Positions 56,201 to 64,000 of a stretch of 64,000 bases of DNA are shown here, piece after piece (position 1 is the stretch's first letter; each line of letters opens with the position of its first letter). The DNA comes from an uncultured Clostridiaceae bacterium. Lineage in GTDB: Bacteria; Bacillota; Clostridia; CAYPLH01; DUMO01. The DNA lies in the NCBI GenBank assembly GCA_964411505.1, contig CAYPLH010000004.1, positions 2,954 to 66,953 of the forward strand, in the 5' to 3' direction. Made by a program: the position numbers and the translations under genes. The notes under the pieces are model-generated. The model was given only the letters and a program-made list of their open reading frames with translations, searched no databases and was not told where the DNA came from.

Positions 56201-58932
56201 ATGATTTGCTTTACACAACTGTGACAGGAAGTGTACTCAGTGCTGATATAACGGGGCTAGCTGCGGGAACAACTTATAGTTTTAAGGTTAAAGCAGGGGA
56301 TGCTGCAGGAAACTTTACGGACACCGGACTTAACGGGAATTTTAAGGCTGCGGATAAAATAGATTCATACCTTGATTATGGATTAGTAGATGTCACAGAG
56401 GCACCCTATTCAGCTGACCCAACCGGAATAATAGATTCAACATTTGCTTTGCAAAGTGCGATAACATACGCAGCTGATCATGGTTTGGCTGTATTTATAC
56501 CTTTGGGAACCTATCTTATATCGGATACACTGGAGGCAGATCAAATAACAAAAGCATATGGAGATATAAAACCCAACAAACCTTGTATTATTATTGGAGG
56601 TGGAAATGGAGAGATACAGCCCAAAATTGTTCTTGCCCCGAACTCGAATGGTTTTCAAAATCCAAATGCACCTAAGAATGTAATCTATATCTGGACCCAT
56701 GGAGCGGATGTATTTGAAAATCCACAGCCGAATATTAATACTAACCAGATTATCCGAAATATAGATATTGAAATTGGAGAAGGTAATCCGGGAGCTATTG
56801 GCATTCACCATGATGGTGCGCAAGGATCTGGTATTGAGAATGTAACAGTATATGCAGGCGATGGATATGCTGGAATTTTTGGGCTTCAAGCTGGAGGCGG
56901 GGGTACACACAATGTAACCGTATATGGGGGAATGTATGGTCTAGATGCATCATCAAGTTTAGCTACAGCAGCCACAGTCAGCGGGTCAACCTTTATTGGA
57001 CAAAGGAAGAGCGCTGTTATATATAATGGGTTGGAGACAATGAGTCTGGTTGGAGCAGACATTGTAGTACCGGAAGGAGCAACGGGTCCAGCAATATGTC
57101 TTGCAGGAACAGATGCCACTCGGGGTACTATGAGTATTGCGGATACAAAGATTGTTTTTGAAAAACAAGAAGAAACTAATACTGCCATAGGAGGCAATCG
57201 GAGCGTATACCTGAAGGATGTTTGGGTTCAAGGTGCAAATATAATTGTACAGACCTCAGATGGTGGAAGCTTGGATGGTTTAATAAGTGGATGGAGGCAG
57301 GTCCTTGAATATACTCACAATGTACAGCCACATAAAATCTCAAATTGGGACAGGGCACAGTTTAAACATACTTCATATATTGATGGACAACCCACAATTT
57401 CGGATGTAGTTGTTCTTGGAAGGGATGAGGAACCTCCTCCATCAGATTTGCAGTCAAGGCATATCTGGTACTGTAGTGATTTGGAATTGGCTACAGCTGC
57501 AAATATCAGGAAAGCCCCATACAACGCGGTAGGAAGTGTGGGTGTGGATGATTATGAGGCACTACAAAGTGCGATTGATGAGAATGAGATTGTTTTCATT
57601 CCTAAAGGTGTTTTTTATACATCTAAAACATTAAAGCTTCGACCGGATACCAAACTAATTGGAATAGGTCAGATATCGTCAATTCAAGCGCTGAAAACGG
57701 ATGGAGGAGATTTTTGTGATGAATCAAATCTGCAGCCCCTTATCCTTTCAGCTGATGATGCAAATGCTGAGACTGTAGTGGCTTATCTTACTCTTGGCGC
57801 TGATGTTACGACTAAGCCTAATAACTCAGCCATAATTCACTGGAGATCAGGTCGTAATTCGGTGATTCGTACAGTTAATATTATTAGACCAATTAAAACA
57901 GTAGCACCTATACTTGCTACAGGTAATGGGGGAGGACGCTGGTATAGCCTTAAGCTAATAAATCGGACACACATTGAAGGAACACATGAGCCTTTGCGAA
58001 TGTATCAAGCTAATCCGGAAAAAGGATTAGGTCAGGCTGGAATCGGAGGAGTTGGTGAAGCTGATTATCCGCCACATATAACAATAAAGGACGCATCTAA
58101 TGTAACCATTTATGGGTTAAAAGAAGAGGGAATTAATTCTCTATATGTTTCAGATTCAGATTTTATCAATATCTTTGGTTATGGTGGGGTTGCAACTGCA
58201 CTTGAAGGAACATCACTCTTTAATATTGAACGCACACCAAATTTTAGGCTGGTGGGTCTCATGGATCGGGGAGGGAAACTAGGCACCGATCCAAATAAGT
58301 GGTTTATGGTTACTGAAACTACAGTGGACGGCCAAGTTATTCAGACAGAACCATTGGAGCGTATTACCCTTTATAAGAGGGGATATGTGATAGAAGGTAT
58401 AAGCCCATTATCTGATATCACAGTCAATCAGTGGATAAATCCGGAGGAAATATCTCTTCCTTCTGTAGTAACTGCCATATACAGCAATGGCACAATGGTA
58501 CAAAAGAATGTCGTATGGAATACTAAAAACCTTAATACAAAAGTAGCAGGAATATATGAACTTGAGGGTACTGTTGAAAGTACAACGCTTAAGGCATTCG
58601 TGAAAGTTGTTGTACAGGAATTGAAGGCATTTGTTATCAGCAACACATCAATTGATAGAGAAAACGGAGGTATATACGCTCAGGCTACTGTTACTCCGTC
58701 CACAGCATTAAGTTCTGGAGAAGCTGTTGTAATATTCAAACTGGAAGATGGAGATACAGTTCTGAATATGATAGCAGTAAAAAGTTATATTGATGCTGCA
58801 GAGACATTTACCGGGAAATTCTTTGAGTATTCTGGAGGAGAGTACACTGTAAAAGTTTATGTATGGGATAAGCTTGATAACTGCGAGAATAGTGTTGGTG
58901 AGAATTTGGCGGAACCTGTAGTGATCAGATAA
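53290..58932 (+). CDS. 1880-aa secreted multidomain carbohydrate-active protein. Domain order: signal peptide, DNRLRE-type accessory domain, double right-handed beta-helix unit, FN3, second double beta-helix unit, Ig-like domain, C-terminal beta-sandwich.
   Basis: The signal peptide ends VLAAD. The N-terminal domain has VDTYVQS...SFLRFEV...WESGTISWNNRP. Four pectate_lyase_3-type starts occur near nt 54001, 55141, 56376 and 57496. FN3 lies at ~56071-56340 and an Ig-like module at ~58412-58620. Confidence 0.8.
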   Translation: MKKILLCFLILCMLITNVFLLRIPLFTATVLAADVSFSPVVDTYVQSTDDSDNPPNHSAEVLIRLRNAPPQNPTGFLAESFLRFEVTGLGDEDAVKSAEIILYCTSVSGTNGKTYLYGIEDEWESGTISWNNRPNSANGVLIAEVNNDESISAGQTIIFDVSSYITDNGTYSFLLRTENGPVITIASSENAHADWRPIMRINYTEAGSPGDSEPLYPVHNPFRPLPEGIDPQNEYARYGYLDVTLYGADPTGTRDSTVELQNAIDAAYENKMVVFFPSGTYLISDTLKMMRVMDPDGFRTRKGHVLEGSMVGPRPIIKLRDNSPGFNDPSVEHTEPYAPTTTKAVLHFWTAKNASNPNPENEDGSNDYNQVIRGIDIDLGNGNSGAVAVRHRGAEGTNMQDVKINATGAFAGIYSLIGSGGSIVNVEIIGGKYGIYATHTQPMPTVVGIKMLGQTDKAIYYRGMTPLNIVGFEIQKSKGPIAYVFKDPKSQESFGNIALIDGKIELIDGDENDAIIENTDRMVYLKNVYVKNAGKIVTSTFDNSSLTVDNHAVWNKVEEYAYSKDNFPDNSKIIYGEYKNEPYVSLVNGSEKPPSDLISRHMWDKSYWSFEEEGVINVEDFGAKGDGVTDDTQAIRNAIAAGDKVFIPRGNYKVSGTIKLNEHTKLFGIARHLTSLEPLGWSAEENTPIIESADSKDSTNVLANMKIELYRTRDKIYAIKWMAGRNSIVNSVWICWDFDPNSTSPNVLQRVIITGNGGGRWYNHTSEIGWNTNPEGHRSVLIDGTTEPLTFYMFHNQHIKSDSISEVKNASNVTFYGVKTETQTTGDPHNKNNPNSPWPLSLKISNSSNIQIFGYSGLGQAKEDRGLFEIFDSVNVTVANMARWGPTQYELDEWYYIKVSKNGVTKGIHANTPVNLMKIGEEIWEIAPDTEPPVFVSGSLTASNVTQSSLTLNWPVAIDNVGTTGYEVYMNDLLYTTVTGSVLSADITGLAAGTTYSFKVKAGDAAGNFTDTGLNGNFKAADKIDSYLDYGLVDVTEAPYSADPTGIIDSTFALQSAITYAADHGLAVFIPLGTYLISDTLEADQITKAYGDIKPNKPCIIIGGGNGEIQPKIVLAPNSNGFQNPNAPKNVIYIWTHGADVFENPQPNINTNQIIRNIDIEIGEGNPGAIGIHHDGAQGSGIENVTVYAGDGYAGIFGLQAGGGGTHNVTVYGGMYGLDASSSLATAATVSGSTFIGQRKSAVIYNGLETMSLVGADIVVPEGATGPAICLAGTDATRGTMSIADTKIVFEKQEETNTAIGGNRSVYLKDVWVQGANIIVQTSDGGSLDGLISGWRQVLEYTHNVQPHKISNWDRAQFKHTSYIDGQPTISDVVVLGRDEEPPPSDLQSRHIWYCSDLELATAANIRKAPYNAVGSVGVDDYEALQSAIDENEIVFIPKGVFYTSKTLKLRPDTKLIGIGQISSIQALKTDGGDFCDESNLQPLILSADDANAETVVAYLTLGADVTTKPNNSAIIHWRSGRNSVIRTVNIIRPIKTVAPILATGNGGGRWYSLKLINRTHIEGTHEPLRMYQANPEKGLGQAGIGGVGEADYPPHITIKDASNVTIYGLKEEGINSLYVSDSDFINIFGYGGVATALEGTSLFNIERTPNFRLVGLMDRGGKLGTDPNKWFMVTETTVDGQVIQTEPLERITLYKRGYVIEGISPLSDITVNQWINPEEISLPSVVTAIYSNGTMVQKNVVWNTKNLNTKVAGIYELEGTVESTTLKAFVKVVVQELKAFVISNTSIDRENGGIYAQATVTPSTALSSGEAVVIFKLEDGDTVLNMIAVKSYIDAAETFTGKFFEYSGGEYTVKVYVWDKLDNCENSVGENLAEPVVIR

Positions 58933-58951
58933 GTGTGAGGTTATAAACACA

Positions 58952-58984
58952 GGCTCGTATCATACTGTATGTAGTATACGAGCC
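58952..58984 (+). terminator. Hairpin downstream of the giant gene (terminator candidate, weak U-tract)
   Basis: GGCTCGTAT-15 nt loop-ATACGAGCC is a perfect 9-bp stem. It is followed by TTAAAAA rather than a clean T-run. Confidence 0.4.
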
Positions 58985-59059
58985 TTAAAAAGCATATGAA
59001 TTATGGAGGAATAAGTGGGATCAACTTAGTTGGAACAGTGAAAAGGTAGGAAGGTGATT

Positions 59060-60082
59060 ATGAAATATAAAGCATATATTGGGACTTATTCAATACGTAA
59101 AAGCAGGGGTATATATATAGCAGATACTGATAGTAAAACTGGAGATATGCATATATTTGATTCATATAATGCCTTTAATCCTTCATACCTAGCTATTTCC
59201 AAAGACTGTAATTATCTGTTTAGCGTTCTGGAAACAAAGGAAATTGATGGTCACTACGGAGGTGCTGTGATCTCGTTTTCAATCAACCAGGACGCTACTT
59301 TAAATCTTGTATCAAAAGCATATACCTTAGGAACAGATCCCTGTCATCTTACAACAGATAAAAAGGATACATTTTTATATGTAGCAAATTACAGTGATGG
59401 AAAACTGACAGTATTACCTTTGAACAATGGTGCAATTATTAATGAGCCTTTAGTAATAGAACATTGGAATAGTGACCTTGTAAATAATCGTCTGAAGAAT
59501 TCTCATGCTCATTGCACTATGTTTGATAGGAATGGAAGACTTTGCATGGTTGATCTAGGCTTAGATAAAGCAATATTTTACAATGTAGAAAATAACATAC
59601 TCATTGAAGAATGTGCTTTAGTAACAAAGCTAGGGTCAGGTCCTAGGCATGTGGTGTTTTCTAGTAATGGATGTTTTGCATGGATTGTATGCGAGCATTC
59701 TAATGAGATCTATACTTTTGATTTAATAAGCATGCAAAGAATTGGGATATACACAACATTGCCAGGCGATTTCAAAGGTAGTAATACATGTGCAGCGATT
59801 AAGATTTCACCGTGTGGAGAGTTTATCTATGCCTCAAATAGAGGACACAATAGCATAGCAGTGTTTCAGATTGAAAAGAATGGCAAACTGAAACTTGTAG
59901 GAAATTATTTTTCAAGAGGCAAAACTCCACGTGATTTCGCTTTTTCACCTAATGGAAAGTTTCTATATATTGCCAATCAAAATTCTGATAGTATTGAAGT
60001 TTTTTTAGTGCGGGCTGGACGACTTGAATATACCGGGCAAAGTATAAGTGTGCCTGCACCTTGCTGCATAATTTTCAGGTAG
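59060..60082 (+). CDS. Seven-bladed beta-propeller lactonase family protein (6-phosphogluconolactonase-like)
   Basis: Repeated blade motifs are YVANYSDGKLTVLPL, YASNRGHNSIAVFQI and YIANQNSDSIEVFLV. There is no signal peptide. ATG 59060 follows GGAAGGTG. Confidence 0.8.
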   Translation: MKYKAYIGTYSIRKSRGIYIADTDSKTGDMHIFDSYNAFNPSYLAISKDCNYLFSVLETKEIDGHYGGAVISFSINQDATLNLVSKAYTLGTDPCHLTTDKKDTFLYVANYSDGKLTVLPLNNGAIINEPLVIEHWNSDLVNNRLKNSHAHCTMFDRNGRLCMVDLGLDKAIFYNVENNILIEECALVTKLGSGPRHVVFSSNGCFAWIVCEHSNEIYTFDLISMQRIGIYTTLPGDFKGSNTCAAIKISPCGEFIYASNRGHNSIAVFQIEKNGKLKLVGNYFSRGKTPRDFAFSPNGKFLYIANQNSDSIEVFLVRAGRLEYTGQSISVPAPCCIIFR

Positions 60083-60409
60083 AGTTTTTAATTCTAGTTT
60101 GGCACTTGAAAAGTAAAACTTTTTTATAGTTTATATTTTAAACAGGAAATATTCCATGTTACAGGTTAAAATCAACTTTGTGTACTGAAAAATTTTAGGT
60201 ATAATCCATATCATAGATACATAAATAAATTCTCATTAAATGCTTTAGTATTGTTACACAGTAAACATGCAAAGGAGCAATTTATTTGATGTTGTTTAGC
60301 TAATAATTCATTCAAATTATATATACAGTAAGTATATATTGTAGTACAAATAAGTATAGGAGATATAATAAACCTATTTACAGACATTGGTTTATTATGA
60401 ATTTATTAA

Positions 60410-63187
60410 ATGAAAAATCTTAGTACTCTACAAATGCCCATGAAAATTAAAGAAGGTAACACCGCATTAATTCGTTGGCAGAATAAACCTGTAATAAAAT
60501 CTATTTTATTAGATGACTTTAAGGATTTTTCCCGGTGGACACATAGAGGTTTTGGGAAGATAATGTTTACAGAAGAAAGGAGTCTTACAGGAAAAAAAGC
60601 ACTTCGATTGCTATCGCCTACAAAAGGTGATATGAAAATACATATGTCTAAACGACAGTTTGGAGTTGCATCGGCTCAATTAAATATTGGCAGTTCAGAC
60701 TGGTCTTCATACAACAGGCTTTCATTTTGGGTTTATCCAGTGCTCCCGGGTTTTCGTGTAATAAGTATGAAATTTCAATTGCATTATGATGGAAAGCCTA
60801 TTCCGGCTGAAGGAGTAAATTACCAGCAATTAAAAAAAGAAATATGGAATCATGTTGTTTGGGAAATACCTCACATTAATAGAGATAAAATTACTGCTGT
60901 TGAATTTATATATTTGCTTACAGGCAATGAACCTGAGGCGGCTAATGAAGTTTGCTTTGATATTGATTCTATAGAACTACAGAGAGTTGAAACAGATAAA
61001 TTTGAAGGCTGGAATATAGCCTCCGGCAGAATAGCTTTTAGTCATACAGGCTATATGACGGGATTCGAGAAGAAAGCATTTACGAACGATATCAATATAA
61101 AAGAGTTTTTACTGATAGATAATGAAAGCGGTGAAGTAATACTCAGTAAAGCTGTCAACACTATTAATACCAGATTCGGAAAATTTCTTGAGATGGATTT
61201 TTCTGAAGTGGAAAAGAGTGGAAGCTATATAATTCAGGCAGGGAATATTACTACAAAACCTTTCAAAATTTCTTCATTTGTATGGTATGAGTCTATACTA
61301 AAATCCATTAACTTTTTTTATTGCCAAAGGTGCGGGATAGAAATCCAAGGGATTCATGGGGTTTGTCATAGAGACTGGCGTGTAGTACATAACGATCAGA
61401 GTATTGTTATAAACGGGGGCTGGCATGATGCAGGGGATCTATCTCAAGGTCTGACTAATACAGCAGAAGCGGTTCATTCAATGGTATCTTTATCTGAAAA
61501 CCTCAAAGACAAGGATTCTGTTCTTGCAGAAAGATTGTTGGATGAAGCAAGATGGGGTTTGAATTGGTTATTGAAGACGAGGTTTGACGATGGCTACAGG
61601 GTTCGGTTCGCAATTACAGAGATGAGAACTGATGGCATAATAGGAACAGTGGATGATATTACTGTTGAAGCAACAGATGATATGCCATTGCAATACTTTC
61701 ACGCGTCAGGTGCTGAAGCAATTGCAGGGAGGTTATTTCAGAAAGATGATCCTATACTGGCTAATTATTCAATAAAAATTTCTATAGAAGACTGGAAAAA
61801 AGCAGTCGAGAAATTAGACTTTGTTGGAATAGAAATTGCAGCTGCAGGAGCGCAGGCATCAATAGAATTATATAAAGCAACTGGAGATTATATGTTCAAA
61901 GATAAAGCAATTGAATGGGCGCAAATAATTATGGACTGTCAGCAACGAGAATGTCTTGAGTTAAATAAACCAATTGCAGGATTCTTTTACACTGATACTG
62001 ATAAGAAATATATCCTTCACTATAACCACAGGTCGCATGAGCAGGCTCCAATTGTTCTACTAGCGGAGATGTGTCAGCTTTTTCCACATCATAGAGATTG
62101 GATTAAATGGTATTCAACAATTGTTTTATATTCAGAATATTTAAAAGCAGCCTCCCAGTTAACTGATCCCTATTATATGCTTCCATGCTCAATATATGAT
62201 ATCAGAGAAATAGAAGATATTGAGATAGCTAAAAATCAACGCAGCAAGATAATGCATAATATATTATCTACTTATGGAAGCCAGATAAAAAATGGACATT
62301 ATTTAGGTGATAGCTATTATTTAAGGACGTTTCCAGTAGTAACCTCTAACCAGAGGGGTCATTTTGGAGTGCTTCTTTCTCAGACAAAAGCGCTTTCAGT
62401 TGCTGCAAAAATCCGTAATGATCCATCATTAATGAATTTGGTGCAGAAGCAACTAAAGTGGTTGGTTGGTCTTAACCCTTTTGCTCAAAGCATGATGTAT
62501 GGGGAAGGTTATGACTACTCTCCACAGTTTACAATATCATCAGGTGATATTGTAGGTTCTCTTCCGGTTGGCATTCAAACAAATGGAGATAAGGATGAAC
62601 CTTTTTGGACGGGATCAAATTACCCAACGTATAAAGAGGTATGGGTTCATCCGTCATCCCGATGGTTATGGCTTATGAAGGAAGCAAACGGAGCAGCACA
62701 GATTACAGGATGTGTTAAAATGGGGATTGGACATGTGAAGTTTATAAATAAAACAAATGGAGAAGTAGAGGTTGTTAATACGGAATGGGAAACAGGCGAA
62801 TTTTCTACATTACTCAATTCTGGTGTTTATGAGGTAGCTGTTGATAAAAGGGTGATCAAGAAATTAAGCTTATTGCCTGGAACAAAAACAAGACTTAACC
62901 TGAAGCAATGGTTCAATTTTGATATTGAACAGTCCTATATCAATGAAGAATATATTGATATAATCATTACTGCTATAGGAGACATGTCTACAGTGTTTGA
63001 GATCAAAACATATAACCTGCAAACAGACACAAGTGAAGTTAAGATGGAACTAGATTGTAACACAAAAAAAAGTGTTACAATAAAGGCTAGGATTTTATCT
63101 AAAAAAACACCTTGGATTGCAGTAGTTATTCCTAATAGAGATATTTTAGAAATGAAAGAGATATGTGGGAATATGGGATTACGATGA
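60410..63187 (+). CDS. Divergent GH9-like glycoside hydrolase: N-terminal beta-sandwich, CelD_N-type Ig-like domain, (alpha/alpha)6 catalytic domain, C-terminal beta-sandwich domains. No signal peptide.
   Basis: The Ig-like stretch is IAFSHTGYMTGFEKKAF...SGSYIIQAGNITTKPFKIS. It is followed by SINFFYCQRCG and GGWHDAGD (the GH9 DAGD motif). An YKEVWVHPSS stretch sits where the catalytic Glu is expected. The start codon lacks a clear RBS. Confidence 0.6.
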   Translation: MKNLSTLQMPMKIKEGNTALIRWQNKPVIKSILLDDFKDFSRWTHRGFGKIMFTEERSLTGKKALRLLSPTKGDMKIHMSKRQFGVASAQLNIGSSDWSSYNRLSFWVYPVLPGFRVISMKFQLHYDGKPIPAEGVNYQQLKKEIWNHVVWEIPHINRDKITAVEFIYLLTGNEPEAANEVCFDIDSIELQRVETDKFEGWNIASGRIAFSHTGYMTGFEKKAFTNDINIKEFLLIDNESGEVILSKAVNTINTRFGKFLEMDFSEVEKSGSYIIQAGNITTKPFKISSFVWYESILKSINFFYCQRCGIEIQGIHGVCHRDWRVVHNDQSIVINGGWHDAGDLSQGLTNTAEAVHSMVSLSENLKDKDSVLAERLLDEARWGLNWLLKTRFDDGYRVRFAITEMRTDGIIGTVDDITVEATDDMPLQYFHASGAEAIAGRLFQKDDPILANYSIKISIEDWKKAVEKLDFVGIEIAAAGAQASIELYKATGDYMFKDKAIEWAQIIMDCQQRECLELNKPIAGFFYTDTDKKYILHYNHRSHEQAPIVLLAEMCQLFPHHRDWIKWYSTIVLYSEYLKAASQLTDPYYMLPCSIYDIREIEDIEIAKNQRSKIMHNILSTYGSQIKNGHYLGDSYYLRTFPVVTSNQRGHFGVLLSQTKALSVAAKIRNDPSLMNLVQKQLKWLVGLNPFAQSMMYGEGYDYSPQFTISSGDIVGSLPVGIQTNGDKDEPFWTGSNYPTYKEVWVHPSSRWLWLMKEANGAAQITGCVKMGIGHVKFINKTNGEVEVVNTEWETGEFSTLLNSGVYEVAVDKRVIKKLSLLPGTKTRLNLKQWFNFDIEQSYINEEYIDIIITAIGDMSTVFEIKTYNLQTDTSEVKMELDCNTKKSVTIKARILSKKTPWIAVVIPNRDILEMKEICGNMGLR

Positions 63188-63207
63188 AATAGTTATAATA
63201 GGTGGTT

Positions 63208-64000
63208 ATGAATATGAACATGATTATGAATGATAAATATAGGATTTTTACAAAATTTTTGTTATATTACATGATTATACTTATCGTTACACTATTTATT
63301 GGAATCATCAGTTATAATGAGGCATATAAGATCGCGAAAAAGGATGCTATTGAGGATGTTTTTTTTACTCTGGAAAGTGGGAGAGATCTATTGGAAGCAC
63401 GCTTGATGGAAGTAGACAATATGGTGGCACAGCTTTCATTAGATCAGAGCATGTTTGATTACTGGAATATGAGAGGTGCTCTGGCTGCCAATAATTATTT
63501 TAAAATGAACACATTATCTTCTGAGCTTATGTCAAATATTCTTACAAATGATTTTATTGATGAATTTTATCTATATTTAAAAAGTCCGGATGTTCTGGTA
63601 TCAACAAAACAAGTTGCTACCAGAACAAAGATATTTTATAATGCTTTCTTGAATTATGAAGGTGTTGAGTTTTCAGAATGGGTTAACAAGATATTTACAT
63701 ATACACAAGGAAAGAGTTTTTGGCCTGCACATAAGGTAACTCAAGATAATCAGATAAAGACATTTATTTCCTATATACATTTAATGCCTATAGGAAGTAT
63801 TAGTGAATTTCCATCTGCATCTATAATATTGATAGATGAATTGCAGATAAGGAGATATTTTGGCTCGTTCAACTTTGAGAATAACGGAAGCTTATATGTA
63901 ATTGATAGTAGCAATAATTATATTAGTACAATTAATAGCAACGAGCCAACATTTGGTCAATTTAAATCAAAGCTAGATGGGGCAGGATATTTTGAAGAAA
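63208..64000 (+). CDS. Second membrane-anchored sensor protein, N-terminal part only (AraC-type regulator or YesM-type kinase); runs off the window
   Basis: The frame is open from ATG 63208 (GGTGG upstream) to the window end. It has a TM helix (FTKFLLYYMIILIVTLFIGIISY) followed by an extracytoplasmic domain whose layout matches the N-terminus of the 34519 regulator. Confidence 0.6.
   Translation, partial: MNMNMIMNDKYRIFTKFLLYYMIILIVTLFIGIISYNEAYKIAKKDAIEDVFFTLESGRDLLEARLMEVDNMVAQLSLDQSMFDYWNMRGALAANNYFKMNTLSSELMSNILTNDFIDEFYLYLKSPDVLVSTKQVATRTKIFYNAFLNYEGVEFSEWVNKIFTYTQGKSFWPAHKVTQDNQIKTFISYIHLMPIGSISEFPSASIILIDELQIRRYFGSFNFENNGSLYVIDSSNNYISTINSNEPTFGQFKSKLDGAGYFEE

Overview
Low-GC (roughly mid-30s % by eye) Clostridia-type chromosomal segment; the genus cannot be told from the sequence alone.

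The left ~31 kb is mostly housekeeping:
- a partial AmmeMemoRadiSam pair
- the c-di-AMP operon cdaA-cdaR-glmM
- an isolated hisIE
- a perfect CIRCE operator followed by groES-groEL
- uvrC
- a PocR/AraC regulator with a stand-alone corrinoid protein
- engB
- a MoxR-DUF58-DUF4129 triad
- a sulfide-dependent homocysteine cluster (COG1900 protein, NIL-ferredoxin, UPF0280)
- a class A PBP, yunB, a bactofilin with an M23 peptidase, and an Asp/Glu racemase

Several intergenic spacers hold families of multi-hairpin repeats. One 252-bp MITE has perfect 19-bp terminal inverted repeats and an 8-bp target duplication.

At 31266-34396 sits an intact, non-canonical IS66-family element:
- It has 18-bp inverted repeats and an 8-bp duplication.
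- Its transposase is translationally coupled to a DUF4338 (DruA-like) ORF and a small Cys-containing ORF.
- Its inverted repeats resemble those of the MITE.

The right ~30 kb (34.5-64 kb) is one Gram-positive polysaccharide utilisation locus:
- two membrane-anchored sensor/regulator genes at its two ends
- an SDR and a ManD-type dehydratase
- a five-gene cassette: a ~980-aa solute-binding protein carrying CBM-like modules, two permeases, an NHL-TPR-Yip1 membrane protein, and a large secreted protein of unknown function
- a second CUT1-type ABC importer, plus a decayed permease remnant
- a 1880-aa secreted protein made of an internally duplicated double beta-helix unit
- a lactonase and a divergent cytoplasmic GH9-like enzyme

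No rRNA, tRNA or CRISPR array was seen. All family assignments come from reading motifs by eye; no database search was run.
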